Part shown: positions 55,222-64,000 of the stretch, piece by piece
How the letters are laid out: the number at the start of each line of letters is the position of its first letter
Position numbering within the stretch: the stretch's first letter is position 1
IMG/VR virus record: IMGVR_UViG_3300001605_000008
Span: 1-64,000 of that record
Length of the DNA: 64,000 bases
Strand: one strand, 5' to 3'
From: a virus
The notes under the pieces: model-generated
Told to the model about the DNA's origin: nothing
Databases searched by the model: none
The model's input: the letters and a program-made list of their open reading frames with translations, nothing else
Made by a program: the position numbers and the translations under genes

Positions 55222-55824
55222 TTATTTCTTGAAGCCAGTGGCTGGTCGTGGTGGCCGCTTGACAGCGGTCATGGGGCTTTTTACCCCCATGGGCAAGTCG
55301 TTTGTGGTTTCTGCTGATGGAGTTTTGCCGCCGGCCACGGTCCATACCGCATCAGCAGCTGAATTTTTTACTACTTGTTTGTCCACACCCACCGCTGAGT
55401 AATCTTTCTTGAGATCGTTCTGTTCTCGTGAATTGGCCGGATAAGGTGTGTTGAGTAGATCTTGATTTTGTTCTTCGATGCCCAAGAGCTCACGATCCAT
55501 GCCTTCTGACCAGCTCAGATCATTCATGCATAAACGATCGGGATCAAGTCCGCACAGCTCGGCCATTTGCGTGATCTGAGGAGGAGTGGCGGGATACCGG
55601 AATGTGACATCCATGATGTTCACTGACTCATTGGAGAAAGCCGGAAAGTCTGCGGGCTGACTCAAGATGGGTGTTTTTTTGACTTCACCGACCTTCACGG
55701 GATCAAACTTTTTGAGTTTCTCCCGGAAAGTTTTCATAAGTTCTGAGTCTACATCACCCACAATTTTTATGCGATAATCAAAGGTTTTTTCAGACTCAAT
55801 CAAATAATCTCGAAAGTTTTTCAT
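55222..55824 (-). CDS. hypothetical head-associated protein
   Basis: MKNFRDYLIE-S N-terminal propeptide motif; CTAAATA upstream. Confidence 0.55.
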   Translation of the reverse strand: MKNFRDYLIESEKTFDYRIKIVGDVDSELMKTFREKLKKFDPVKVGEVKKTPILSQPADFPAFSNESVNIMDVTFRYPATPPQITQMAELCGLDPDRLCMNDLSWSEGMDRELLGIEEQNQDLLNTPYPANSREQNDLKKDYSAVGVDKQVVKNSAADAVWTVAGGKTPSAETTNDLPMGVKSPMTAVKRPPRPATGFKK

Positions 55825-55845
55825 AGTTGGTATCCTGTGCTATAT

Positions 55846-56361
55846 TTAGTGTTTGTCAGGCGAATTGGAGTCGCCCGACAGTAGATGTCTCAGCAATTCA
55901 TTGCGATCCAATACATGCCCTTGGGCCGTGGGCAGCGATGCGTTGTTGTCTTCGCCGCTGTCACGATCCAGCTTGAGCTTTTTCATCTGGAGATCGATCA
56001 TCTTGAGTTTTTTGTTCATCTTGGCTGTTTTGGCTGTGATGGCGTGTCCCAGCATGGTGCTGGCCACAGAAAAGATTTCACTGGCGTATCTCGAGTCTAC
56101 CTGCATACCCAGATTCATGAGATCGTCAAAACTCTCCTGGGCTTTGCCAGCAAGGTCGTCCATTTCTTGATCCGACGCTTCCAGCCCTTTTACTGCTGGG
56201 AGGGCGGCTTCGATCTTGTCAATAGCTGCCAGAGTCTCTGGCAGGATGGGCAGGTTTGTCTCAATGTCGTTACCCGGCTCAGCAGGGTCGCTGTCTTCTG
56301 AGTTGTCGGAGTCGGGGAGGTTGAAGAGTTCTTCAAGTTTTCGGTTCGTGGGCAAGGTCAT
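55846..56361 (-). CDS. putative terminase small subunit (gp16-like)
   Basis: Helical protein with a coiled-coil end; morphogenesis context; no diagnostic motif verified. Confidence 0.35.
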   Translation of the reverse strand: MTLPTNRKLEELFNLPDSDNSEDSDPAEPGNDIETNLPILPETLAAIDKIEAALPAVKGLEASDQEMDDLAGKAQESFDDLMNLGMQVDSRYASEIFSVASTMLGHAITAKTAKMNKKLKMIDLQMKKLKLDRDSGEDNNASLPTAQGHVLDRNELLRHLLSGDSNSPDKH

Positions 56362-56369
56362 GCGGATAT

Positions 56370-56810
56370 TTACCGCTTTTTGCGACCACCATTATGGAAC
56401 AACTGGGTTTCATCCAGCACCCGGAAAACAATACCAGCACGTTTGCACCAGGCCGTGGCTGCAGCCCACTTGGCATGGTTGATCGCAACCACCATGCGAT
56501 CTCTCTCGCTCATTTTTCCTTCGATCATGGTCTGTTTGCGGGGTTTGATTTCAATAATCTCTGTGCAGATCTTGTTGTTCTTGGTGCGATATCTCAAGAA
56601 CACATCCGGTACATAGTTGGTGATCTTGCCTGTTATGGGATGGCGATACTTGACCACAATGGCTTCGCTGGCCCATTCTAATATGTGCTCGTTGTTGTCA
56701 CAAAAAGAAAAAAATGCATGTTCCCAGCCTGATCGATATCTGGGCTCGCCTCGCCCTACATATTTGTTTTTGTTGACGACGTGATATATGCCTTGTGCAA
56801 AATTAGCCAT
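56370..56810 (-). CDS. head completion protein (gp4-like, TnsA endonuclease fold)
   Basis: YRSGWE, WASE, YVPD, EIKP, KWAAA. Confidence 0.88.
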   Translation of the reverse strand: MANFAQGIYHVVNKNKYVGRGEPRYRSGWEHAFFSFCDNNEHILEWASEAIVVKYRHPITGKITNYVPDVFLRYRTKNNKICTEIIEIKPRKQTMIEGKMSERDRMVVAINHAKWAAATAWCKRAGIVFRVLDETQLFHNGGRKKR

Positions 56811-57169
56811 TACGGTAAGACATTGCGTGCGGTATAATAGTTGGGAGTCACTGTGGAATTCACACCCAACAGTGTGGCAGGACTGCGGAGGCCGTTAAGA
56901 TAATAGGCCATGGTCGCCGTGAGCTGTATGGTATCCTGATCACGTATCTGATCCAGCAAAGTCAAGACCGGTGTGGCAGTTTCAGCAGAAATACGAAACA
57001 GCGTGGTAGTGAAATTTTGAGCTGCTGAACGATCACGGAATACCGATTCAAAATAACTGTTGACCGCATCGTAATCGCTGGCATTGACCTGCTGTTCAAA
57101 CTCGTAGAATCCATCAAATACTCTCACAGTTTGATCAACTCGGGGATTGACGTTGTTAACCGATGCCAT
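56810..57169 (-). CDS. putative tail/baseplate protein
   Basis: 119 aa between the gp4-like and tube-like genes. Confidence 0.5.
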   Translation of the reverse strand: MASVNNVNPRVDQTVRVFDGFYEFEQQVNASDYDAVNSYFESVFRDRSAAQNFTTTLFRISAETATPVLTLLDQIRDQDTIQLTATMAYYLNGLRSPATLLGVNSTVTPNYYTARNVLP

Positions 57170-58308
57170 TATTCAGTGCTCCTAGGCGGTACAGGAAATA
57201 TTGGAGCATTCAAAAACTGCTGCACTGGTTGTGCCCTCACTGCACCAGGTATGGTGTTGCGCAGCACATCTTTAGTGGCGCCAATCAGCTCTTCTTTCAC
57301 AGCTGATTTGACATCTGTGCGTTTGTAAGTGTTGTAAGCAGTGCCGGCTTTTTGTATAGCACCGATCACTCCGGCCACGGATCCGGCCTGGAGATCTTGT
57401 ATGATACCAATGCCGGTGTCTAGCAATCCACCTTGCCCCAGCACAGACGATGTGCCACCAGGTCTGCCAATAGGACTGCGTACCTGATCGTAGTACTGCG
57501 GATTAGCAAAACCTTGTACATTGGTATCGGGCCTGGAAGCGCCTATCGCACCCGAATAGTATTTCACTGTTTCGTACTGTATGGTAAGATTGTTTTCCAT
57601 GATGCCATCGCCTTGGCTGTAGTCATAGGTATCATGATTCCACTCTGATATCATGGGATTGATCAGCACATATTCAACGAACTTGTGCTGATTGAAACCG
57701 TATATGGAGATATCACGGAAAAAAGCCGGCTTGCCACCTGGTGCCTGGGGATTCTGTGTAGAATCCTGATAGGTCTCACCAACATATCCCCAGTCATTTA
57801 CTACTCGATTGCCTTCGTAAATGTCCCGTGTGTTGTAACCAAATCCTGTGGCCTGTGTTTGTATAGAACCTATGCTGCCGTTGGTAGAGGTTTGTCCACG
57901 ATAAGGCTGATTGGGATCTTTGTAGTAATAAGCATAGTAATTGTACCAGAGATTGCGTATGAGATCGCCGCCGTCATCATGGAACGTACAACGAACTGGC
58001 TGATAATTTATTTTCTTCTGGATCAGACGTTTGCGATTGTACTGATTCATTACTTCTACGTCTAACTGATACTTGGGTAGATCTATGGTTTTGACCAACA
58101 TGCCCACGGTACTGGTATCAGTAGAGTTGAATATGTTGTCCAGCGATTTTATCTGCGTGGTATTGAGATTAAAGTACACATGGAACAGGAACTTGAGACG
58201 CGGAGCATTTTCGTACCCGTTGGTACGAAAAGTTTTGCTCGCATGAGTATAATCTTTGAGATAATCACTCCCAAAGAATGTTTTGAGGAAATCCTGCCCA
58301 AAGGCCAT
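57169..58308 (-). CDS. tail-tube-like baseplate protein (gp54/gp19 family)
   Basis: LVKTIDLP...QYNRK...YQPV..TFHDD tube-fold motif, next to the tube gene. Confidence 0.65.
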   Translation of the reverse strand: MAFGQDFLKTFFGSDYLKDYTHASKTFRTNGYENAPRLKFLFHVYFNLNTTQIKSLDNIFNSTDTSTVGMLVKTIDLPKYQLDVEVMNQYNRKRLIQKKINYQPVRCTFHDDGGDLIRNLWYNYYAYYYKDPNQPYRGQTSTNGSIGSIQTQATGFGYNTRDIYEGNRVVNDWGYVGETYQDSTQNPQAPGGKPAFFRDISIYGFNQHKFVEYVLINPMISEWNHDTYDYSQGDGIMENNLTIQYETVKYYSGAIGASRPDTNVQGFANPQYYDQVRSPIGRPGGTSSVLGQGGLLDTGIGIIQDLQAGSVAGVIGAIQKAGTAYNTYKRTDVKSAVKEELIGATKDVLRNTIPGAVRAQPVQQFLNAPIFPVPPRSTE

Positions 58309-58315
58309 GACAGGA

Positions 58316-58933
58316 TTATCCCGTGATCACGTCGTTGACTGTTCTTCCCACAGCAGCGCCAACACCAGAACCCAGAGGAGTCTGCAAGGCGTTGTCAAAG
58401 CGTATGGTCATAGCGATGGTGACCGGAGCCGACTCACCGTAGTTGAGATCATTGTAGTTCACAGAAGTGAGATAGCAACCATACATTTCCCAAGTCTCTA
58501 GGACCACAGGCTCGGCTGTGCCGTTGCCACCGTCCAGGATCTCGCAGCGTGTGAGGAACTTGTAGTCGATGCCCGAAGCTGCTGAAGCCTGCTCCATGAA
58601 GTCCATTTGCTTTTGCAGTTGCTCGCCTACCAAGCGTGCGATCTGTCCAGACGCATCATCACGGAGATTGACAGTGATGTCTTCCCATGAGTGCTTGCCT
58701 GCCAGCTTGAGCTTGGAGTTGTAGACGTCGATGGTGATGTCATCAAAACTCACTGAAGGACGTGTAAAATCCATGACTTGCTTGGTGAGCTCGGTGCGCG
58801 GTGTTGAAACACCAAAGTTTTCAAATATCGCGCGGAAGCGGTATTTGAGTTTGGGCATGAGTAGGCCCTGATTTGGATTGCTCTGGTCACTTGCCAGGGG
58901 CACTGTCATTCTGGTTAACGATGAAACGGCCAT
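58316..58933 (-). CDS. tail tube protein (gp19-like)
   Basis: KYRFR, RPSVSF, KLAGKHSWEDITV..RDD; directly after the sheath gene. Confidence 0.85.
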   Translation of the reverse strand: MAVSSLTRMTVPLASDQSNPNQGLLMPKLKYRFRAIFENFGVSTPRTELTKQVMDFTRPSVSFDDITIDVYNSKLKLAGKHSWEDITVNLRDDASGQIARLVGEQLQKQMDFMEQASAASGIDYKFLTRCEILDGGNGTAEPVVLETWEMYGCYLTSVNYNDLNYGESAPVTIAMTIRFDNALQTPLGSGVGAAVGRTVNDVITG

Positions 58934-58956
58934 AGTATGAATCTCCTATATGCAAT

Positions 58957-58963
58957 TATTTAT
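58957..58963 (-). promoter_or_regulatory. T4-type late promoter for tail tube
   Basis: ATAAATA upstream of an AGGAG SD. Confidence 0.65.
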
Positions 58964-58976
58964 GGCGTGTGTGGTC

Positions 58977-59006
58977 AAAAAAAATGGGGGTCAAGGCCCC
59001 CATTTT
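58977..59006 (-). terminator. intrinsic terminator after tail sheath
   Basis: AAAATGGGGG-N6-CCCCCATTTT followed by a U-run on the minus strand. Confidence 0.75.
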
Positions 59007-59023
59007 CTAGTCTAGCGATACCG

Positions 59024-62000
59024 TTAAACAGTGGCCGAGCTGGCGACCTGACCACTGGCAATCTCACCTGTGTTCTTGATCCGCAGAGGAATGTAGATAA
59101 ATTCAACTGCTTTCACGGGTTCGATCGCTATATCTACCCAAAGTTCATTGCGGTCGATACGTGCTGGTGTGTTGTTGGAAAGATCGCAAACCACCAGGTA
59201 GTCATAGATACCACGCTTGGCGATCAAGTCAATCATGAGACCATCAATTGCATTGGTGATCTCGTTACGAGTGATCTGATCGTTGGGCTCAAACACAAAG
59301 GTCTTGCCGATTTCTTCCAGGCGTCCACGAATAAATGCCACCAAACGTGCCACGTTGATGCGATCCAGAGCACTGGGTGAGGCGGCCTCGGTTTTGTTAC
59401 CGTAGTTGGTGATGCCCACTCCCGGGATAAACGTGATAGGATTGATACGATTGGTGTATAATACATCTCGCAGCCCTTGACCTGTGGCAATAGTTTCAAA
59501 CTCTCCGGTCTGGGCGTTGACGTATCCGATACGCTCGGCGTTGTCCACCACACCACGTCGTACACCTGCTGGTGCCAACCATGGGAAGCTGACTTCGTCT
59601 GACCGTATGATCGTGCGTATCATCATGTGGCTGGCAGGCTGTACCACGGGCGATCCTGACAGATCCGTGGTCTGGCAACTAGGATAGAACGTAGCCAGAT
59701 AAGGATCAGCAGTGACCAAGCCAGACTCAGAATCTGTACCTGTGCCAAATGAGTTGGTGGCCCAGGCATTGATGTCCTGTCCCACAGGTGGCAATCTCAG
59801 CGGAGTATCGCCTACAACGAATCCAGTGTTGCTGCGCTCGTTGTTGAGTGCTACCATGTTGATGATCAGTTCAGGATACTGGGGGCATGCCAAGAGATTG
59901 AACTCAACTTGTTCTTCTCTCAGGGTGTCCTGGGTATCGATTGCTTGTTTCATCGCTGCCACAACCAGCTGTCGCACTGCTTGGCGTCCCATGTAAGGCG
60001 ATCCGTCGTTGCGATTGCCTGATGCATTGACCCAGGCATTGGTTTCCAGCACACTCCAGAATGAAGTGTTGGTAGGTGCGTTGCCGGTGGAGTTTTGCAC
60101 GCAAACATAGATCACGGCATTGAACAATACCTTGTTGCCTACCACATATGACGTTGTGGCAGAGTACTGATCCACAGGGAATGTCTGTGCTGAGAACCAG
60201 TTGGCTTCAAACTTCTTGACATTGAAACCGGATCTCCGAGTGTTCCACAACAAAGTTCCTGCGGGATACAAAGTAGCATCGGGTGCATCAAGATCCAGAT
60301 AGCTGCTGCTCAACAAGCTCTGTATAGTAGGAATGTTGTCGGTGATGGGATCTGTGGTTCCATTAGGTGCCCAGCGTGCATCAGCAAACAATATACCGTT
60401 TTCTGTGCTCTGATCGGTGTTGTTGATAGTTACCCACTGCAACACACCATTGACTTCTTGCCAGCGGCGCAGCACAGGGTACAGTTCTAGATTGCTGACA
60501 TCGATCCAAAGATCTCCTTGTACCAATGGAGTTTCATCGCTCTGCTGCGTAGGAGCAGAAGCCGAAACGATGGGACCATTGGGATCTGTTTGTGTGAGAT
60601 TAAATCCGCGGATGTCGGGATTCAAGGTACGATACCCTACCCAGGCAGATCCGGTGTTGACCATGATGTCTGCTTGATTTGTTGCTGAATAGTACCAGAG
60701 TCTTCCTGTTGCAGGATCTTGATCTGGTTCTACAGCGCTGGCTGTGTACTCCAATACCACCCAGTCACTGAGCAAGAGTCCTGTACCTGATACATTGTCA
60801 CGCACGCCTTCAACCGAAGTGTTGAATCCTGCATCTGCGACCGGTGTTCCTGTAACATCAGCCAGTGCGATCACGCCACCCAGGCTATGGGTAAATGCTA
60901 TAGCTCCGTCTGATGTTATTGTAGCAGATACTGGCGCGCCCGAAGGCAGAGCTGCTGATACCGCTGTGACAAACGCAGCAGGTGTGGTACCAGAAACAGT
61001 AGCAGTCACAGCCGCAGTCAACGCATCACTGTTGGCAGTACTGTACTGGATGGTAAACTGAGTGTTGTTGATAAATGTTGGAGAAGTATTGTCCCCGGTG
61101 ATTACTGTAGCACCAGCTGTGAGTCTCTCAAATATTTTCAAAGTGAAAGTGTTGTTGTCGGCGCTTTCAGGATCGGTATTGTATTGTACATACAGCGTTC
61201 CTGCAGGGATATTGCGACCACCGCCAGCAGGGTCCAGGGCCTTGTTGGCAGTTTGATCATTGGCGTACACAGGAGCATCTTTGGCCACGAACAATCCCAG
61301 AGCAGCATCATATCGCTTGACTATGAGATCTGTGCCTTGATTGATGGGAGTAGTGACGTTCCAGATGGATCCTGTGGGACGAGCATCTGTGGTGCGCCAG
61401 GCCGGAACAGTAAAGTTAGGACTCTGCTGCAGGGCCGGGGTAGCATAGTTACCTGCAGAAATGCCCAGAGTTGCCAGCAGGCCAGCAGTGCTGCCTGTGC
61501 CGATCACTATACCACTGTTTGTTGTGCTGCCATCACCTTCGGAAGTGCTGTCGGCATAGATATTCAGTCGATTGCTGCTGTCACCTGCGGCAGTGACACC
61601 GGAGATGCCTGCTGCATTGATATCGTCCACTAGGCTGGCCAGTGTTTGTCCAGTCAGCGTGATAGTGCTGCCATTGATAACGATAACATTGCCCGCGGTC
61701 AGTGCATTACCAATCACCGAATTGGTGCCTTGGGCTGCGGGCCAGGAATTCTTCCAGTCATCTGTGCCTACCAGCACCCAGGTATTGGCCAAAACACCAG
61801 CTTCAGCATTTCCCGGGGTTTTGTAAAACACAGGATTGTTGGCATTGGTGGCGACCACAGCGTATTGCCCAATGCTACCAACATCTTGGCTAGGCACGCC
61901 GCTGGTGAGTTGTGTGGTATCTGTTATGACAATAGGTGTCTGCACAGAAAATGCGCCGGTGGTACGATTCCACTGAAAGATACCCCAGGCTGTGTTGGCA

Positions 62001-62416
62001 GTGTCCAACCACCAGGTGCCGTCGTTGGGCTCACCGGTAGGACGGATAAGAGTAGCTGTTAACTCGGCAAGATCGATGTCAGCACGCTGCACATAAGCAC
62101 GATTCGAAATGCCCAGAGCTGAATATGCTGCCAGCAAGCCATATTCATTGAGCTCATATCCATTGATGGGTGTGCCAGCGGATGTTTTGTAGAAAAATGG
62201 GTTACCGAATGTGGCAGCAAGATCTCGTTGGCTGGTGACCAAGTATACTCTGCCTGCGTTGGCAGCCAGTGTACCAGGGGCTACACCTATGCCGGTACCG
62301 GAGATTTTGTTCTGCGCCGTGGCCACCAAGATATACGGTACTGAATTGGTGGCTGCTGGAATATAATTCGATTCATCTATAACTGTGACTTCTACGCCCG
62401 GACTGATTAATGCCAT
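59024..62416 (-). CDS. contractile tail sheath protein (gp18-like)
   Basis: SPGVEVTVID N-terminus; WLAPAG..RG, LY...INPI, LDRINVARL, FEPND, IEPVKAVEFI. Confidence 0.95.
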   Translation of the reverse strand: MALISPGVEVTVIDESNYIPAATNSVPYILVATAQNKISGTGIGVAPGTLAANAGRVYLVTSQRDLAATFGNPFFYKTSAGTPINGYELNEYGLLAAYSALGISNRAYVQRADIDLAELTATLIRPTGEPNDGTWWLDTANTAWGIFQWNRTTGAFSVQTPIVITDTTQLTSGVPSQDVGSIGQYAVVATNANNPVFYKTPGNAEAGVLANTWVLVGTDDWKNSWPAAQGTNSVIGNALTAGNVIVINGSTITLTGQTLASLVDDINAAGISGVTAAGDSSNRLNIYADSTSEGDGSTTNSGIVIGTGSTAGLLATLGISAGNYATPALQQSPNFTVPAWRTTDARPTGSIWNVTTPINQGTDLIVKRYDAALGLFVAKDAPVYANDQTANKALDPAGGGRNIPAGTLYVQYNTDPESADNNTFTLKIFERLTAGATVITGDNTSPTFINNTQFTIQYSTANSDALTAAVTATVSGTTPAAFVTAVSAALPSGAPVSATITSDGAIAFTHSLGGVIALADVTGTPVADAGFNTSVEGVRDNVSGTGLLLSDWVVLEYTASAVEPDQDPATGRLWYYSATNQADIMVNTGSAWVGYRTLNPDIRGFNLTQTDPNGPIVSASAPTQQSDETPLVQGDLWIDVSNLELYPVLRRWQEVNGVLQWVTINNTDQSTENGILFADARWAPNGTTDPITDNIPTIQSLLSSSYLDLDAPDATLYPAGTLLWNTRRSGFNVKKFEANWFSAQTFPVDQYSATTSYVVGNKVLFNAVIYVCVQNSTGNAPTNTSFWSVLETNAWVNASGNRNDGSPYMGRQAVRQLVVAAMKQAIDTQDTLREEQVEFNLLACPQYPELIINMVALNNERSNTGFVVGDTPLRLPPVGQDINAWATNSFGTGTDSESGLVTADPYLATFYPSCQTTDLSGSPVVQPASHMMIRTIIRSDEVSFPWLAPAGVRRGVVDNAERIGYVNAQTGEFETIATGQGLRDVLYTNRINPITFIPGVGITNYGNKTEAASPSALDRINVARLVAFIRGRLEEIGKTFVFEPNDQITRNEITNAIDGLMIDLIAKRGIYDYLVVCDLSNNTPARIDRNELWVDIAIEPVKAVEFIYIPLRIKNTGEIASGQVASSATV

Positions 62417-62444
62417 GGTTGCATCCTTTTAAAAGAGTTACCAA

Positions 62445-62451
62445 TATTTAT
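62445..62451 (-). promoter_or_regulatory. T4-type late promoter for tail sheath
   Basis: ATAAATA upstream of an AAGGA SD. Confidence 0.65.
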
Positions 62452-62503
62452 GGATATCCTCAAAAGATGGCGGTTTACCGGTACCTTGATTAAGGTCTGC
62501 GTC

Positions 62504-62511
62504 TATAAATA
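62504..62511 (+). promoter_or_regulatory. T4-type late promoter
   Basis: Perfect TATAAATA, 5 nt before the ATG at 62517. Confidence 0.7.
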
Positions 62512-62516
62512 CCGTT

Positions 62517-62861
62517 ATGCGTCCTTTATGCCAAGTCTGCTGTAAAAATCCCGCTGCTATCAATGGGTATCATCGGGAAAAAATTTACTATCGCAAGAGG
62601 TGCAATGCCTGTATCCGTAGAGATCGACAGTTGCCCAAACAAACTCCAAGATGGAAAAGCTCGGGATACAAGAAAAAATCCGCATGCGATCGATGCGGAT
62701 TCCATGCCAGACACACTGCCCAACTCTTGGTGTTTCATGTCAACGGTGACTTAAATGATTGCGAACTGCGCAATCTCAAAACTGTGTGTTTGAACTGTAT
62801 CGAAGAGATCAAGCGGCTTGATCTACCCTGGCGAGCCGGAGATCTGTCACCAGATCTGTGA
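62517..62861 (+). CDS. Zn-ribbon/HNH-like protein
   Basis: CxxC x4; LLVFHVNGD...NLKTVCLNC resembles an HNH motif. Confidence 0.6.
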   Translation: MRPLCQVCCKNPAAINGYHREKIYYRKRCNACIRRDRQLPKQTPRWKSSGYKKKSACDRCGFHARHTAQLLVFHVNGDLNDCELRNLKTVCLNCIEEIKRLDLPWRAGDLSPDL

Positions 62862-63441
62862 CCTGTGAGTAGAGCTCGTCCAGGGAGCCATTGTTGTCGA
62901 TGATTGAATCAAACTCTGTACCAGCCCAGGACCACTCACTGGCGTGCGGTAGATCTGCGGGTAACAATCCTTGACCTCGGAAATAGTCACGCACTGGCGC
63001 GAACCACTGGGGATCTGCGCCGCGAACCACACGCACCACGTGTCCACCTTGTGAGCGTATGGCAGAAATCTCGTTGGGAAATCTGCAGTCAGAGATCACC
63101 ACATCATCCTGGGTGGTTCGTAGTTTGTTTTCCAGGCTAGCGATCCAGATATCGTCATGGAAACCCTGGCGGCACACTTCGGTGCCCCACTGCTGTAGTA
63201 TATAACGGGGAGTGATGTCACGGCCCAGGCGTTGGCTCCACCAAGCATCGGGCTGTTCTCGCCATTCCCGGCTGCTGCGGGTGCGTCCTTCCAGCATGTC
63301 TCGATCCCAGCCAAACACCGCAGCACAAGCATCTTTCAGCGTGGCAGCAAAACTATCGCGGCGAAACTCGTGAATGTTTACTAGATAATCCGCTATGGTA
63401 TCTTTGCCTGCCCCTATCAATCCGCACACACCAATGATCAT
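62809..63441 (-). CDS. deoxynucleoside monophosphate kinase (gp1-like)
   Basis: GLIGAGKDT, FAATLK, LQQWGTE, DCRFPNE, HASE. Confidence 0.9.
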   Translation of the reverse strand: MIIGVCGLIGAGKDTIADYLVNIHEFRRDSFAATLKDACAAVFGWDRDMLEGRTRSSREWREQPDAWWSQRLGRDITPRYILQQWGTEVCRQGFHDDIWIASLENKLRTTQDDVVISDCRFPNEISAIRSQGGHVVRVVRGADPQWFAPVRDYFRGQGLLPADLPHASEWSWAGTEFDSIIDNNGSLDELYSQVTDLVTDLRLARVDQAA

Positions 63442-63965
63442 TTCAACTCCTTGATTTTTAAGTATTCCAAACTATCCCATAACAGCGTGATCTGCCTCCG
63501 GCAGTCTTCCAAGGCATGATGGCTGGCGGGATATTTGTTGAGTTCGGGAACAAGACTGTAAACAGTTCTCGCATCTCGCACAACATAGAATTGCCAGGGC
63601 AGAGCTCGCCCATAACTCTTGTAAGCATGTTCCAAGATGTTGGCATCGAACGTGGGACCATTTGCCCAGAAACGTTTGCTTTGCCATATCAGTCGCCCAA
63701 GATCTTCCAGTGCTAGTTTGAGATCTATGCGATTTTCTGTGCCAAATGCTTCTTCTTGCATGTCTTTGGGCTGAGTAGCCCACCAGTCTATGGTACTTTG
63801 CTGTATGCTGCGATCGGGTTGGCTGTCTGCATCTATGCGGGCATAGAAACTACGCCAGCCATCGAAGTCATGACGATTCAAAGGATCAAAGCATTGTGCG
63901 GCAATGGTCAGTATACAAGCATCTGGGCCTGTGCCCGCGGTTTCAATGTCTACCATGATATCCAT
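63438..63965 (-). CDS. 3'-5' exo(ribo)nuclease, DEDD family (DexA-like)
   Basis: DIET, WANGPTFD, RDART, HHALED. Confidence 0.85.
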   Translation of the reverse strand: MDIMVDIETAGTGPDACILTIAAQCFDPLNRHDFDGWRSFYARIDADSQPDRSIQQSTIDWWATQPKDMQEEAFGTENRIDLKLALEDLGRLIWQSKRFWANGPTFDANILEHAYKSYGRALPWQFYVVRDARTVYSLVPELNKYPASHHALEDCRRQITLLWDSLEYLKIKELK

Positions 63966-63971
63966 GATAGA

Positions 63972-64000
63972 ATTGTAACAGGAATTTTGGAAGATGTCTA
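63972..64000 (-). promoter_or_regulatory. sigma70 promoter (probably leaderless)
   Basis: TAGACA-N17-TACAAT; ATG 6 nt downstream. Confidence 0.6.

Noticed and set aside
56370-56810. TnsA-like endonuclease as a Tn7-type transposon
   Set aside because: No tnsB/C or transposon ends; context and size fit the gp4 head completion protein.

Overview
This 64-kb window comes from a large T4-like (Kyanoviridae-related) myovirus genome. Nearly all genes lie on the minus strand, and no tRNA, rRNA, CRISPR array or integrase was found. Recognisable core genes cover nucleotide metabolism (NrdA/NrdB, glutaredoxin, dNMP kinase) and replication/recombination (gp41-like helicase, gp61-like primase, UvsW, UvsY, UvsX, gp32 SSB). 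Morphogenesis genes include the large terminase, gp4-like head completion protein, tail tube, tail sheath and PAAR. Host-type accessory genes are IscU, IscA and a TorF-family porin, which point to a proteobacterial (probably betaproteobacterial) host. The window also carries two radical SAM enzymes with an SDR and a sulfotransferase-like gene, and a plus-strand glycan-modification island. Regulatory features read from the sequence are repeated sigma70 early promoter cassettes (GGTTGACC-N17/18-TAtAAT), a palindromic GTTAGT-N4-ACTAAC site upstream of three of them, T4-type late promoters (TAAATA), many apparently leaderless transcripts, and an orphan promoter over a GC-rich structured segment. 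The strongest leads are a probable virion-packaged Pol-beta nucleotidyltransferase + ligase-type adenylation fusion protein, internal-head polyproteins punctuated by gp21-type (L/I/V)xE cleavage sites, and the Fe-S/radical-SAM/glycan tailoring set. Five genes are broken by small indels, most likely sequencing or assembly errors. All family assignments come from motif recognition by eye; no database search was run.
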